Below, one piece after another: positions 26,248-40,114 of a stretch of DNA of 64,000 bases. Source of the DNA: Thalia democratica (Eukaryota); the NCBI GenBank assembly GCA_965202585.1, contig OZ241829.1, positions 7,564,001 to 7,628,000 of the forward strand. Reading direction: 5' to 3'. How positions within the stretch are numbered: position 1 is the stretch's first letter; each line of letters opens with the position of its first letter. Below the pieces are notes generated by a model. That model worked only from the letters and a program-made list of their open reading frames with translations, ran no database searches and was not told the DNA's origin. The position numbers and the translations under genes are program-made.

Positions 26248-27970
26248 AATTTTTGTGGATGTATTTCAAGTACTTATTTTGCTAAATATATATATAGAAA
26301 AATTAAAAACACGTCTTAATTACACTCAATTCAGTTACAAGCAATTTTTTCTACATGATCTCTACTCTTATATTATAAATAGAATATACTCTTTTTGTTT
26401 TTGGATCGAATTTTTGATTTTTTTTACAATATTTTGCACACAAGTTTTAAATTGCGTCGCCGAAATGAGCTTAATAAAATACAACCCATGAAAGTTTATT
26501 TCCTTATACTTCTTAAGTTAAAAAGGTTCATGAAACTTTAATCTTTGTTTAACTTGTACATTTTTTAAATTTAGTAAAAATTTTTGATAGGAATTTTTTA
26601 GATAATTTAGTTTCAATAAACGGAGACTAATAAAATACATTGTATGTTGTAAATATAAGTAATGCTAAGTTATAACGAGTTAAATAAAAAGCAACTTATT
26701 TTAAGTGTTAAGGCATTTGTTTTAGTCAAAAAACTAAATTTATCCAATATTCATTCAAAATTCACCTACAACTTTTGCATTTATGAAAGTTAGTATTTTA
26801 AAATGTTTTTTATAAACGTTAATTTGTTTTTAAAAAAACCTATTTTGTTTTTTTTTAGTTTATATACTATAGTTGTTTATTTGTATTAATATTGTACATT
26901 CAATATGTTAATAAGACCTAAACTAAAATTGTAAAGTTTTCCGTAAAATGTTCTTTTTTAATTTTTTTTAAATTATTTTTTTATAGTTTTATTTTCAACT
27001 AAGTTAACTAACTTAAAAAATTAATTAAAATTTTTTTTCTAATTTTAGAATGTTCGTAATTTTAAACAGTCATCGACTTAGATGAATATCGACATGATAT
27101 TATAATTGTTTTGTTTCTAAAAAACAATACTTAAAATAAATATTTTTTGAAGCATAAAACTACAAATTTTAAGTATCTTTTTTTAAATAGAAGAAAAAAA
27201 TAAATTCGTTCACAGTAGGATTAACTACAACAACGTTATTCAAAAGACCTATATAAAACAAATTTTTATTAAAGTTATAAAATAAAACTATTTAACAATC
27301 AAGCTTTGTATTTTAAAATAGCACCATTAAAGTCCAGGTTACAGTTTATTGATTTTTTTTTCTAATAAATGCTATGAAGTAGTATAAATTTTTCACAAGC
27401 TTCAAAACTGTATTTAGTTTTAAACTAATATCGTTTAAGAACTTCCCACAGGATGTAGTTTTAGGAGTATCAGTATAACAATCTACCAGACTTATAAAAA
27501 ACATTTATCTAGTATAATGTTATACTTTCCAACAAAAATATTGTTTGAACTAAATAGTAGGATGAGTAGATATCTTACTTTTAGTAATTAGTTCCTGTTA
27601 ATAACATACTTGTTGATAAGGGAAGAATGGAAAACCCACGGTTTTTTAGAAATTATTTTATTTTAACGTACAAAAATTTAAACGAATATCCTAAAAATAA
27701 CAACCTAGTCGAAGAAACCAAATGACATGTGTTAAATTTTTAACTTAAAAAAAACTTTAATTCTAAAAGACTAAAATTTTAATAAATTTCAAAAGCATAT
27801 TTGCCTAATCAAATAGACAAAACCCCTTACCATCATTCGTATATAGATTTTTACACACGTTTATAAAGTTAATACATGCTATAAATAGTAAAATATAAAC
27901 AAGCTATATAAATATCATCCATTTATATTCTGAAGTTAATAAAATTCAATAAATATACCAAAATATTTAC

Positions 27971-30900
27971 CTAATCAAAGAGTCCGAATCCCATGTCGTC
28001 ATCTGATTCTTCTTCGGACTCCTCTTTGATTTCCTCCTTCGCAGCTTCTTCATTATTTTCACCACTAGGTGCCACTACACTACCAGAGGAAGCCGATGAT
28101 CCGACACCGACGTTTCCGACAATAGTTTTCACGTCTATTCCGTTGACAGCCTGTTATATGTTTATTTATTTCTTTTGTAATTGTCTGCATAAAATAACTT
28201 ATATACAAACGTAGTAGAACTTTAGATAAACTGATTAAAAAATCTTGTTTTACCTATATTTATAAAACTAAAATCAATATTTCTGGTGTTAAATGGTTGT
28301 CACTTAAAATATGTTGTTAAATAATTAAGAAGAAATACCACACCAAGTTTATCATATTAAACTAAATACTAAATAGTTATGAAAAGTTAATTCAAAAGTG
28401 TTATAGCACTGCAACTGAGCTAGACAGGGTTGCTGAATGTTTTTGGAAAATTTTCTCCAGGTTTTCAAAATTTCTTCAAAGTTTTTAAAAGTACACATTT
28501 TTGGGTCTTTTTTTAGTTTAAAGTTAAGATTAGGTAAAAACTGTGTTAAATAATATAAAAACATTGAAAATAGGCTTTAAAGCTATTTTAAATAAGTATT
28601 AATAAAATAAATTTTGATAATGAAAGAAAAAATAAAAATAGTAGACTTTTTGTGTCAAATCAAAATTTTTATACTTCACGTATAAAATTAATTCAACATT
28701 TAAGATTTTTCCTAGTTTTTTTATGATTTTTGTCCGAAATTCCAGGTGTTTTTTTAAAGTTTTTCAAATTCCAGGTTTTCCAGGTTTTATAGACTAAATT
28801 GTCAAATTCCAGGTTTTTTTCCAGGTTTCCAAGTGTTTTTAACATCCCAAGCTAGTGGTTATTTAAAATAATCAATCACCTGTGCAAAAAGACCTGGCCA
28901 GTAAGGTTCAACATCAACATTGGCAGCAGCTAAAATAGCTTTGATCTTCTCAGCCTATAAAAACAATTTTTCTTAATATTTTTTTAACAAACAATAATAT
29001 TAAAAGTTAAATTACTTTGAACTTGTTTCCGCTATCAGCTTAATACAGTTGTAGTAAATAATATTATAAAATTTAGTAACTAATAAAACTAAAGTGTTTT
29101 CCTTGTATAGTTGTGCATTTAACTTTGTTTTTCTATAGAAAAATAAACAGATTAAAATAACATTTTTGATTTAAGTTTTACCATACTATTTATAAACCAT
29201 TTACAAAAAAAATATCTTACATAATTGGTTAAGCTAGACTAAACTTTAGTCTATTAGCACAATAATTAATCCTGGAAATGTAAAAAAGATTTTTTGTGAT
29301 CCTTAAATGATGATATTAGAGTTTCCAACTTAGAGTGATAATCAAGCTTATCAATTTTATTTGTATATTAAAACTAATTGTTACTAAAACAATTTATTGA
29401 TTAAATGTTGAACAATGGTTCAAAAAAATTTATACAAGTGCTTCCTGATGCCTACTAAGTCGTTTATTTAATCTCTATTCAAAACAACAAATGTAAAAGC
29501 TTCACATCTTTATTTTTAAGTTTTTTTTTGATAGTGTTTTTTTTTGTTTATAACTGATCAGATTATTTTGACTGTAATTATTTTTTTTAACAAAAATTAT
29601 ATACCGACATGTTACCTTTTTCTTTAAACTTTAAGTATTTTATAAATCTATAAAAAAATTCATAGGATATAGCTTTAAAAACATTTCTAAATTAAAAATT
29701 TTAAACATATTTTTTAATTTAACAAAAGTTTTATTATAGTAAATAACTTGTCAATAAAAATAATCTTTTGATTTAAAATAACAAGTTTTTTGTGTACTAT
29801 AAAAAAAAGAAAATAATTTAAAGAAAGTATGATAAAAATGAAAAGTTTGAATACCTAAATAAAATTTAAGAGCTAAAATTCGCCTGTTATTTTGTTTAAT
29901 TTAACCTTATTAACCTAATACTTTTTGGTCATATCATACACAAAAAGTAATGAATTTATTTTTATGTTGATTCTGTAAATAGAAACAAGTTTACTAAATT
30001 TTATATTTATATGTTTAAAATATTTTTTTAAGGTGTCTACTCAAGTGACAAAGAAAAAGTCTGAGCGACCTAAAAATAGCTAGAGTTACACCAAACTCTA
30101 AATAATTGACATTAGATTATGAGAAAATGAATCAAATAGTTAAAATAAATAAAAAATATATAATCAAGCCTAAACATCTAATCACATAAAAATAATAGCA
30201 AAACAACTTCATAGCTAAACAAATTCTAGGAAAAGTTATATAAAAGTCTAGCCTGATATTTAGACAAATAATCAAACTAGGCTGAGTTAAAAAAAAGTTT
30301 CAAACAAACCGTTTTTGAAAAAGTTTAAACTAACTTGAACTATTAAAATGTTTAACTTATTTTTTCTTGTTTTATGTTTTATGGAAACTGTAACAACTTT
30401 GAAAAATCTAGAAAACTTAACATTAACACTATTTATACAAAGTTGCCACAGTTCGAGTCAAAAAAACTGTCTTGATACTGAGTTATTCCAAGATTTTTTA
30501 AAAATTTAATAAATTTAATTTTTTTAAAATAAATTCTTTATCAAGCTCTTCAACAAAATTGGTATTAAAGTATTAAAAATTTTAAACTAAATCAATTAAA
30601 TATCATTCAAAATCTTGTAAAAAGTAGGCTGAGATTAATGAAATCTTGAAACTATACTGAGTTTTATATAAAATTATTCTGAGGTAGTCAGAGTCAAAAA
30701 AAGATATTGATTTATTTTGAGTTAAATTGAGTCATTTAAATAATTAAATATTTCAAATTATTCTTAGTTGTCCTGAGTGTATGGCAGCCCTGTGTACACT
30801 TTTTAGATTTTTCAATACCAATATCCTACCAAATAATCAAATAGTATACTCTAAAATAACTTTGATGTTAAAGTAAGAGATAATAAACCAACAATTTGTA

Positions 30901-31313
30901 AAACATTTATTTAAAATAGATTTGTCTTAAAAAATATAAGTAGAACAATAAATTTGAATTTGTAAATAAATTTATTTAATAAAAATTACTGCAAATGACA
31001 ATTTTAAATACAGTTGGTAACTAATTTTTTATAATAGTTTGTACACAAAATTTTTCCTCGAATCAGTATTAATAGAATTTATTGTCCATTTAAAACTTTT
31101 TTTATTATTTCTATTTACATAACTATATTTCTATACAACTAACAAACTATTGTAAAATTGTCATTAAAAAAATAAATCTTGTCTTGAGTATACTGTAACT
31201 GATTTCAAAATGTGTAGAAATAATAAAAACCCACTCACCGTAGTTTCTACATTGTCATCTGCCATAATAAGTGCTGCATAGACACAAGCTTTTTCTGATA
31301 TGTTTTGATTCAT
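27971..31313 (-). CDS. RPLP1: 60S acidic ribosomal protein P1, 109 aa; exons 31313-31239, 28954-28880, 28150-27971
   Basis: Spliced translation MNQNISEKACVYAALIMADDNVETT|AEKIKAILAAANVDVEPYWPGLFAQ|AVNG...EESDDDMGFGLFD*, with two phase-0 GT-AG introns. Confidence 0.95.
28425..28850. mobile_element. Degenerate CAGGGTTG-family element in RPLP1 intron 2
   Basis: Left end cagggttgc and multiple ttccaggt subterminal repeats; the right end is decayed. Confidence 0.55.
30438..30792. mobile_element. Degenerate CAGGG-family MITE in RPLP1 intron 1
   Basis: caaagttgccaca ... tggcagccctg with internal gagtc repeats. Confidence 0.55.
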
Positions 31314-32382
31314 CTTAAGGTTTGAACTAGTCTTAGTAATATGAAGAGTACTGAAGGTAGGAAATGCTATCATCGCTTCACTGAACACATAAAAGGTGGT
31401 TTAGAAATGCACTTTTTTTAAAATCTAGTATTCAAAGCTCAAAATACTATTGTATTTAAGTATCAATACTATGTATTGATGTAGTTTTTAGGTGATAAGT
31501 TGAACAAGCAAGACAAAAAGTTTTAGTTCTGTGCATAGTTTACTTTAAATTAAAACGTTTTTGTATGAATAATTATGTGGTTCATAGTAATGTTTTTTTA
31601 TTGTTAGTGTTTTACTATTCTTGCTAAATATTATTGTAAATTTGTTTAAGAAGATACTTAATTATGTAACATATGTTCGTTTTATATTTGTTAAAATAAT
31701 TCATTTCATATGATAGTTAAAACTTTTTTGTAGTAACTGTTGCTTATTGAACGACAAAAAATAGCTCAAAAGTTCTGGTCTAAGGACTTGGTGTACGACA
31801 AACGTTTCGATTTTCGAGTATTATACACCACAGACTAAGTTTGATGTCTTCATATGTGTATATGTAAATATGTATGTATTCGTATGGAATTGTTTTTTGA
31901 ATGAAAAAAACTGATTTCTAGATGCGAAAGCAGAGATTAAAATTAAAATAGCAATTTCTTTGATTTACTTACTATATTTTTTACGCATAAGCGTATCGAT
32001 AGAACAAAAAAAAAATTAAAAGCATCGTTTTTAAATAATAGCAAAAATAAGTAGTTGCCATGCTGTGTAATCTTGTTGCTGTTGAAAAAATTACTTTTAA
32101 TTTTATTTTTGTTCTGATGACACGCCTAAAGCTAAGAAACTATAGTGAATTATTAATTGTTTTTTGTTATTAATATATGTACTTATACATATTGTATAAA
32201 AATATTGTGTTATATAACAGCTCCTAACCAATTTTTTAATTAGTTTTAGAAGTGTTGCTTATAATATTGATTGTTGATGAAGTTAATTTTTCAGTTCCGT
32301 TATTGCTCTGCCGACTGAACATTGAATACATAATGGACGTTTATCTTAAACTAAAATGTCATACTTGAGCAACTAATTATTG

Positions 32383-32762
32383 TGATTGTAAATAGCAACA
32401 ACTAAATGAAGAGCAATACCGATTTGTCTAAATAATTATGTTTGGCACCGATAGGCTTTTATTTTTACATAAAATATTAAAAATAACATCTTACTAGTTA
32501 GCTTTATCTTAATTAGTGTATTGTGCATTTATTTCTGTGTTCACTGAGATTTAATTTTTTAGTTACTAAAATTATCTACTAATAGCAATAACACTTAAAA
32601 AATTGTTCTACAATTTTATTATTTAAAGCTACTTTTAAATTCTATACTCATATACTTATTGCGTTTTTTCGGACTTACTATATAAAAACTATTTATCTTA
32701 GATTTACGTACAATTTAATAAAACAGCATTGCTCTACATTTAGTTATTGCTATTTACAATCA
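32383..32762. mobile_element. MITE-like element with 35-bp terminal inverted repeats
   Basis: 32383-32417 and 32728-32762 are reverse complements with 2 mismatches. Confidence 0.7.
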
Positions 32763-33615
32763 ATTATTTTCAATCGTTATATAAAATTTTTAAGGATTCG
32801 GCTTCCGTATTTTGTTTGATCTTATAAGTGTTAGCTCTCAATACTTTAGGTTCAACCTTATACATTTGTTAGACCTTAAAATGTCTTTTTATAATTGTAA
32901 TACTACTAATAAAATAGTTTTCTTAATTTAAATCTATCAACCTAGGTTGCAATTCGTCTACTATAGCAATCTTATAATTGTTAGCAAACATTACAGCGGA
33001 AAGGTTAATTATAAACAAAACGTTTCAATTTTTTTTTTTTTTAGTTGATGTAACATTAGCATTATAACAACTTTATTGTCGAGATTTTAATACAAACAAC
33101 TTATCTAATAAAAAAAAAACTCTAAAAATAGCACTTTCCACTAGAAATATTTGTATGACCATTTATCTTTAATGTAAAGGGTATTATGAGTTTAAGCGTT
33201 AACATAAGGAAATATTGATAAAATTAATTTTCATTTTGATCTAATAAAATTTAAGAGAATTTTTAACTATTTTAAATAATTAGGAATTTTTACTTTTATT
33301 AGCATGTCTATGTTACAGCTCCTAAAAGGTGGTTTACTTTCCGACATTTTAATTTTTTATGTTAATTATTTTCTTGTTTTATAGTTAGTATATAACGTGC
33401 TGATACTAGTTATTTGTTAAATTAATAATAAAAATAAAAAAACAATAACTAATTTTTTAAATATTTATTAAACACGAATAACTGAATTAACTGCTAAGGC
33501 GGTAAAAAATTAACAATGAATGACAAGCGTATAAAAAAAAAAAGAAATATAACTTATAAAAGTGACACTGAAAAAGAGTTGGATCACAATAAAGTCTGAA
33601 ATTAATTTATAAAAG

Positions 33616-34524
33616 TTATTCAGAGAAACTTAAGAAGAGCTGATTCATATAGTACAACTGTACAAAGAATAAAACAATTATTGCAATTAGAAAAACGACT
33701 TGTAACACACTTGCAATGGTTGCGCACCTTTGCGTTCTTTCGCCTTTTGCATCATCATGAAGTTTATCAAGATAGTCAAAGCGCTTGTCAATGTTATCAA
33801 AACTGTTTCGATTATCAGCTGCACTTAGATCAAGCGAATCAAAGCGACTTTCATACGTTTTGTGGTTACGGTCTACTTGCTGCTCGACTCCTTCCAATAG
33901 CGTGTGATCTGACAGCTGGTTTCTTATGACCCTGCTTAATGTGGAGTTCACACGATTGAAATCGAACATTAGCAAGTTGTGATTACTGGTGTTGGGTTCA
34001 TTGAGAATTAATGGTTTATCTCTTCCCAAGTCACTACCATTAAATCTTCTAACATATGGGTCATAAGTGTTTGAGAAACCAAAATTGTTTGAAGCACTAT
34101 TGTTTTTAGAAGCTGTTAAATCAGTACTAGCCAAGTACTTCGTAGCAGCTACACTTGTCGTAGAAGGTACTTGGTTGGTGTTATAAGGTCTTGTACCACC
34201 AAATCTTGGAGAATATGGCGGAGCAGAACTGTTTAAAGATTTTGGAATGTCAGAAGAAACTCTAGAATGTGGATAATTTTCAACACCACTCGATATTCTC
34301 ATTCCTCTACATGCCTGTTCGCTTTGTATACGATATTGTTCGTAAGCCCTTTGTTCATCAGAAGGTGTTATACTGTAGGTTGATCCGGGAAACTTCGTCA
34401 GTGTCGAATAGTTGGCACTATGGACTCCAGGATTTTGATTAGCCATAGAACTGCTAGATACTGGAACATACTGGTAAATGGATTGAAATACTTTCTCACT
34501 GTTTTTCTTCGGCTTTGAATGCAT
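33616..34524 (-). CDS. MHS-family copy M3, 302 aa, intact; predicted tail-anchored coiled-coil membrane protein
   Basis: ATG at 34524 in the same cacctgtcATGCATTCA context as M1 and M2. C-terminal TM-like segment VLQVVFLIAIIVLFFVQLYYM. Confidence 0.88.
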   Translation of the reverse strand: MHSKPKKNSEKVFQSIYQYVPVSSSSMANQNPGVHSANYSTLTKFPGSTYSITPSDEQRAYEQYRIQSEQACRGMRISSGVENYPHSRVSSDIPKSLNSSAPPYSPRFGGTRPYNTNQVPSTTSVAATKYLASTDLTASKNNSASNNFGFSNTYDPYVRRFNGSDLGRDKPLILNEPNTSNHNLLMFDFNRVNSTLSRVIRNQLSDHTLLEGVEQQVDRNHKTYESRFDSLDLSAADNRNSFDNIDKRFDYLDKLHDDAKGERTQRCATIASVLQVVFLIAIIVLFFVQLYYMNQLFLSFSE

Positions 34525-37263
34525 GACAGGTGCTTGTTTTTCAATCAAGTACAAAAGCTGTATAAATAATCATCGTTATAAAATAATTAAAAAAAAATGT
34601 TCTTACAATTGTTATGTTTGTTTATTATGTTTTTTATCTTCTTGTCACCACAGTATATACTCAATGTACTACTTAAAAAAGGCAGACCTTAAAAAGTATA
34701 CAGTTATGTCTTTAAATAATTTACAACTTACAAGTATGGCGTAGTTATTAAGAAAAAAAAACTACTTGAGATTTTATACAAAATAGTACTGTAGAACAAA
34801 TTAAAAATATGTGAATTAATCTTTGATTATTGACTATTTATTTTAAAAAAAATTCTAGAAAAAATTATCAAGCTGTTTTACTTAGATTTGTTTTGTATAT
34901 GTTACGCTAATACTAAATTTAAGAAAAAAACTTTTAGTAACTTTATATCCAAGTTTTTTTTACTTCTATATTAAATAATTTTCATTACACTTAGATTTAA
35001 ACAAAAAACAAAATTTTCTGTAAATATGATCTTAAAAATCATAATTGTTAAGCTGGCAGTATTTTCAGTATAGTAATAATAAACAGCTTTATTTAAATTG
35101 AGTTTTTAATTTTTGATGTCAACTTATGCTAGTATTTATGTTTACTGGTGATATCTACAGCTTTTAACTGTCTTACAACTGATTACAAGATACAATTCAA
35201 TATAACTTAATCATTGATTAAAATTACAACTTTGCAGTATATTTTTCATTCAAGAGACCATTAATGTAATTCTGTTATTACTTATCTAAACTTAACTTAA
35301 AAACTTTAAAGATGTTCATAATTTATAGAAAATAAAACTAAATTTTTACTTAAATGACCAAAACCGCCGTTGATAAAGAGAATAAAGTTTTAGCAAAATT
35401 TAAACTGTTTTGGTTTTTAAAACAAACGAGATAATATTCTTACAATTAAAACTAGTTTGTAATTTTTTTATTAATTAAACCATACTAATGCTTTTAAAAC
35501 TTAGTTTTTTAGCGGAAAGCATCAATAAAAGCAGTTTAGAATTAGAAACCTTTTAAGTTCAATTATTAATTACAATTGAATAACTCCTTCAATGATATGT
35601 TTGAACAATTGTACTTAAAAGTAAAAAAATCATGTATGGTACTGAGTGTGTTTTAAAATAAAAACTCAAAATAGGAAGCAATTTACACACATAACAATAA
35701 TTAATAGATTTTTTTTTGTAGTACTTACATTTTATTTACTTTTGTAGTACTTTTATAGTTATTACGGATGTTACATATATTGTGAACTTTAATTTAAGTT
35801 TGATGTTCAACTTTATAATAACCTAAAGTAGAAACACATCATAAAATACATAACTGTTGTCGTTAATTACTTCTGAAAAGACAATAGCTTAATTTTATTT
35901 GGTAAACACATGCCTACACTTATGCATAAATCTATAATCCAAGTAATACAATATAGTTTTTTAAATTTATTTTAAGTTTTTTGTAACACGTTAAATTTTA
36001 ATTCGTTTTTTTTCTTGTTATAGACATACTACTCGTTTTTAACAAAAATTAAACAACCAATCTATTTGAAATATTTAAACAAATTTCTTAGTTATACAAT
36101 CGTTGTACAATTATGATACTGATAATGAAACCAAATATTTTTTTTCAATCAATTTTGAACAAACTTAAAAATAATTGAATTTACTTATATTGCTTAAGTG
36201 TAATTTAAATTTTTCATTTACTACAAGATAAAAGTGGCTAAAGAAATAAAGTTATTTTGAAAAATTTTTAAGCTACTCTGTTAATTATACTTTTTTAGAA
36301 TGTTCTAAAGTTAGCTAAATACTTATATATGAATAAATCTAACTGAGTATTTTTTTGAAGTTTTATGACGTACAAAGCTGTGCATATTAAATATTAATAG
36401 CGTAACCAGTTACACATTTTTTCTACTACATACTTTGACAATAGCAGTTATAAAAATTTTATGTTTAGTTTTAATTACAGTGTTTTCCTAGTTTACATTG
36501 ATAGTTATTTCTTTATTAAACATTAAATGTCTTTTTGAACTGTTGTTTTTCGAACATATTTATCTAATTTATTTTTTGTATCTATAATAAATAATTTGTG
36601 TACAAAAATACGAAGAGCTAATATAAAAATTAAACATTATAGCTTTTTTTTTAACTGATTTTATTTTTTTTTTACTTTCAAGTACGGCTTTTGTAATAAA
36701 CAAGTTTTAAAAAAAAAGTGATTAAATCAAAGGCTTTAAACGCTTTCAGGAAACATATTTAAAAATAAAGTTAAAAACGACTATAGTATATCAGTATATT
36801 TGTATATTTTATGCCAACAAGTTATATGAGAAAAAAGTTTTAGAGGCTAATGAATGTTAAGTTTGGAACAAACTTATTTGTAGCATTATTTAAAGAAGCT
36901 TGAAAATGTATCTGCAGTTGTATCTTGTAAGCAACTAAATGCCAAAGTATGTTAACAAGCATGTCAAAAAAGAAAATAACATTTTAAGACAGCCTACTGT
37001 TTTAATTTTATTACTTTCGTTAGTCAAAAACAAATTTTTTTGCATAAAACCTGTAATACAACTTAACTGAAATACTTTTTAGTACTACATATAACTGTTA
37101 TATACAGCAGTACTACAACACTTCGTTATCTTAATAACAAGTAAATTAAATTCTAATAAGTTGCAGTAATTATAGATTTTTTTATTACCAACAGTTATTA
37201 ATTTTCACTACTAAACAAAGTGTAACAAAGTAATAAAATATTAGAACTTTACATAAAAAAAAG

Positions 37264-38700
37264 ATGTCTAAATCAAGTCAAGTAAATAAAAACAATTTAA
37301 TTGGAAACAATCTGGGATCCAAATACAATGTTCTCAGCAAACTTGGAGAGGGAACTTTCGGAACTGTATATAAGTGCCTTAATATCACAACAAATCAATA
37401 CATTGCTATTAAGGCAATGAACCCCAAGCATGCAAAAGACGAGTTGGATGCTTTAAAGAGTCTGAAAGACGCTGATGGAAAGTGTAACTACTTGATTGAA
37501 ATACTTGAATGGTTTGAGGAAGATAGTTTAGCTTTCCTCGTTTACCCACTCTACGGACCTAATACAGAGGTAGCTATGGAAAAAAATAATCAACCGTTTA
37601 AGATGCAAGATGTACAAATCATGGCTAAACAGCTGATTGAAGCGACAAATTTTCTTCACAAAAATAAAATGTTGCATACCGATATCAAGACAGCAAATAT
37701 TTTATTAAACAGGTTAATTGTTTCATGTTATATTTTTTACTCTTTAAATTACATTTGTATAACACAGATAACAACTTCTTTTGTTGCCATTATACGCCTT
37801 ACTAAATAATATTTGTTTTTGTACTATACACTATACAAATATTTATTAATAATTAAATATTATTGATTTAAAGATATGTAGTTAACTTACATTTTTATTA
37901 TACAGGTATTACTACGACAAGTCGAAAAATGATTTTTACATGAAGCCTGACATCAAGTTGTGCGACCTTGGCTCGGTGTTCTTTGAAGAAGAATTCGACT
38001 ATGACGTCATAACAACACTTCAGTACCGCGCTCCTGACGTCATAATGGGTCACAAGGTTGTTTAAGTATATTACTAAGAAAGTTAACAACTTTACATAAA
38101 CAAGCAACTTATTATAACTAAATATCTTTAACAGAGTAAGCTAATACAACAAGTTAATTTTCAAAAGAAATATAACCTTATAAACAAAGTACATGTATAT
38201 TTTGCCTTGTAATTAAAATATACTTTATACATTTAAAATTAGTTTTATTTCAACAGATCGGGTATCCATGCGACGTTTGGTCGATCGGCTGCACTTTGTT
38301 CGAACTTTTCACAGGAGAAACGCTTTTCAAGGTGGATACTGTACAGGAACTTTTCAGGAAGATCCACTTGATGATTGATCCTTTTACTGAACAAGAAGTT
38401 CAAAGGATTAACTTGAAATTGACCGAAGATGATAAAAAGAATAGGATTGGTCAAAAACTGACTGAAGATAAGGAAAATGTAGATATTTTGAAAGAGCCAG
38501 AGTTTGCAAAAATAAAAGGCGAAGTTAAGAAGATAGAGTCTTATTTTGATAAGAACGACAGTGGAGAAAAGGATTTGTTTGAATTGATTGTTCGCATGCT
38601 AGATGTAAATCCAGTAACAAGAGTGAAACTTAAAGACTTAATTTTAACAATTACAATTAGTAATATCGATTTTAAATTATCAAATTTTCTTAAAAAGTAG
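37264..38700 (+). CDS. CLK/LAMMER-like CMGC kinase copy B, 347 aa, intact; exons 37264-37712, 37906-38056, 38257-38700
   Basis: Motifs LGEGTFG, IAIK, HTDIKTAN, DLG, YRAPD and PCDVWSIGC. The GT-AG introns are phase-compatible (1044 nt spliced). Confidence 0.93.
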
Positions 38701-40114
38701 ATTAATTAGGTTTTTCACCTCAATTAAAATAACAGTTCATTTGTATGTTTTATATTCTTTCATATTTTAGAATACGATTCATTTTTACTTTTACTTCCTA
38801 CCATTTTGCTATATTTATCTAGACATAAATTTTTGACGTGATAATAACAGGCATAACTAAGTGTTTTGTAGTACTTAACGATAAACTCTTAAATTTCAAT
38901 TAATACACTTAGTGTTTTACTGTAACTTTTGTTACATAAAATTCATACTTTTTGCGGACATTGTAGTAAAGTTCAAGTTGGTCAAAACTACACTGAAGGG
39001 ACTCTAACTCAAAATTAATACAATATCATAAGATAAGAAAAATTATGCTAGCAACGTTTGATATTTGTCGAAAAATGTTGAAACATATATTGGCACATAA
39101 AAAAGAAAAATAATTAGAAAAGTTACTAACTTCCAGGAATATCAAATTAATAGAGATTATGGTAGAAAGATAAACAATTATATGAATAGTTTGTAACTAC
39201 TGAGAGTACTATAAAGAAAATCTATATAAATATTATCTTTCATAAAAAACTAATAAAAAAGGTCAATTCAGTGAAAAGAACCATAGTAATGTCAGTCTTA
39301 TAAGAATTTAAGTAGTCCTACCAAATACATGATATAGGTACGTCAAATTACAAAAAAAAACTGAAATTATATAAATTAAAGTTTAAAATGTATAAAAAAT
39401 AGTCCGATTTCAGTGCGTTTTTAAATTATTATAATGCTGTATTAATATAAAACATGTTTAACAATGTATTGTGCTATTATTTCGCTGTGGATATGAAGAG
39501 GTGATTGTAATGACAGCTTTTAAACCTTATCAGTATCAAAAACACATTTTGCTAACATATATTATATTTTGCTTGAAAACATAATAAGTTCTTATAAAAA
39601 ATTGATTTATTGCAAATGATGTATAATTAAGTAAAGTATTGTTTTTATAATCTAAATGAAGTTAAACAAAAACTCGTATGTTTTTAAGTTCTGTGCCACA
39701 ATAAACTTTTCCGACTGATTTTTAGGTCTTATCGAAATAGCTTTTATAACAACTATAAAATAGTTATTTTTAATTATTGATTTACTAAGGTTTAACTTAT
39801 ACTGTATATAGTATATATATATTATAATAATTATGAAAAAAAGATTGTTTATAAATGATTGTGTTAATGACTAAGTTTTATTTTTGAAAGTTGCTTAAAA
39901 AGTTAGGTAAAAGGAACTCATGTACAAAAAATTGTTTGAACTAAACACTGCAGATACAGTCTATTGCGTGTCCAGAACTTTAAACAGAAAAAATCGATTA
40001 ATTTTTGTTATTATGTTAAAAATACTTCCTTTTTAAAAAAGTTTATACTTAGATTAAAAAAAAATAGTTTTAAACAGTTCAGCTATAGAAATATCTAATA
40101 TTAATATTATATGA

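Noticed and set aside
33700-33960. MHS proteins as Qc-SNAREs
   Set aside because: IRNQLSDHTLLEGVEQQVD resembles a SNARE motif, but the zero-layer Gln is absent, the TM is about 60 aa away (too far), and M2 does not keep the pattern.
34525-34554. N-terminal extensions from the ORF track (MYLIEKQAPV on M3; MQKTK on kinase D)
   Set aside because: They start at non-ATG codons, and paralogs share the downstream ATG.
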